A stretch of DNA of 47,828 nt from Pseudogymnoascus verrucosus (taxonomy: Eukaryota), in assembly GCA_001662655.1 (NCBI GenBank), contig KV460283.1, one strand, 5' to 3'. The translations under genes were made by a program, and so were the position numbers. Under the pieces are notes generated by a model, which saw only the letters and a program-made list of their open reading frames with translations, did no database searches and was not told the DNA's origin. Shown piece by piece: positions 47,717 to 47,828 of this stretch (positions are counted from its first letter, which is position 1; every line of letters begins with the position of its first letter).

Positions 47717-47828
47717 ACGTATTTCACGGGCGAGCGGGTCACACGAGCGAGCGGGTCACCAAAACACCAAAACGCGTCAACCTATCTGTAGTTAACAATG
47801 CCACAACCAACACAAGACCAATCCTCTA
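47717..47828 (+). mobile_element. Left end of a Fot1/Pogo-type (Tc1/mariner) DNA transposon: 44-bp TIR and transposase start
   Basis: TA at 47715-47716, then ACGTATTTCACGGGCGAGCGGGTCACACGAGCGAGCGGGTCACC (47717-47760). It starts with ACGT and has two internal GCGAGCGGGTCAC repeats, the architecture of Tan1/Vader/Pot2-type TIRs. ATG at 47798 (MPQPTQDQSS...) runs off the window. Confidence 0.8.

Overview
A 47.8-kb, gene-dense stretch of a filamentous ascomycete chromosome, judged from short GT-AG introns with CTRAC/CTAAT branch points, fungal gene families and eukaryotic tRNAs. A Leotiomycete such as Pseudogymnoascus is my guess, but the sequence does not establish it. In order, the window holds: the 5' part of a PDR-type ABCG transporter divergent from an Fcr1-like Zn2Cys6 factor; a PAQR/IZH receptor; a disabled S53 (sedolisin/TPP) protease pseudogene; a 108-aa secreted protein; a GT32-like DXD glycosyltransferase; an alpha/beta-hydrolase-like protein; tRNA-Pro(AGG, intron); KCH1; tRNA-Thr(AGT); a MOSC protein; CDK1 (CDC28/cdc2) divergent from an AlkB dioxygenase; an amidase; a Rad5/Rad16-like SNF2 ATPase; FMP52 divergent from MET10; a TCO89-domain protein; a 513-aa Cys-rich secreted orphan; two identical tRNA-Arg(ACG) genes; and, at the right edge, the left end of a Fot1/Pogo-type transposon. 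The most notable unexplained signals are a tandemly duplicated Cbf1+CYS3/MetR-like promoter module at MET10, a 134-codon AUG-less extension (or 5-nt micro-exon) of the SNF2 gene, a probable frameshift in the Fcr1-like factor, a dense TACWGTA cluster, an old ~600-bp non-coding duplication and a recurrent 5'-C / 3'-G polarity within genes. I cannot demonstrate a wholly new system from the sequence alone. All gene models are manual splices and no database searches were run.
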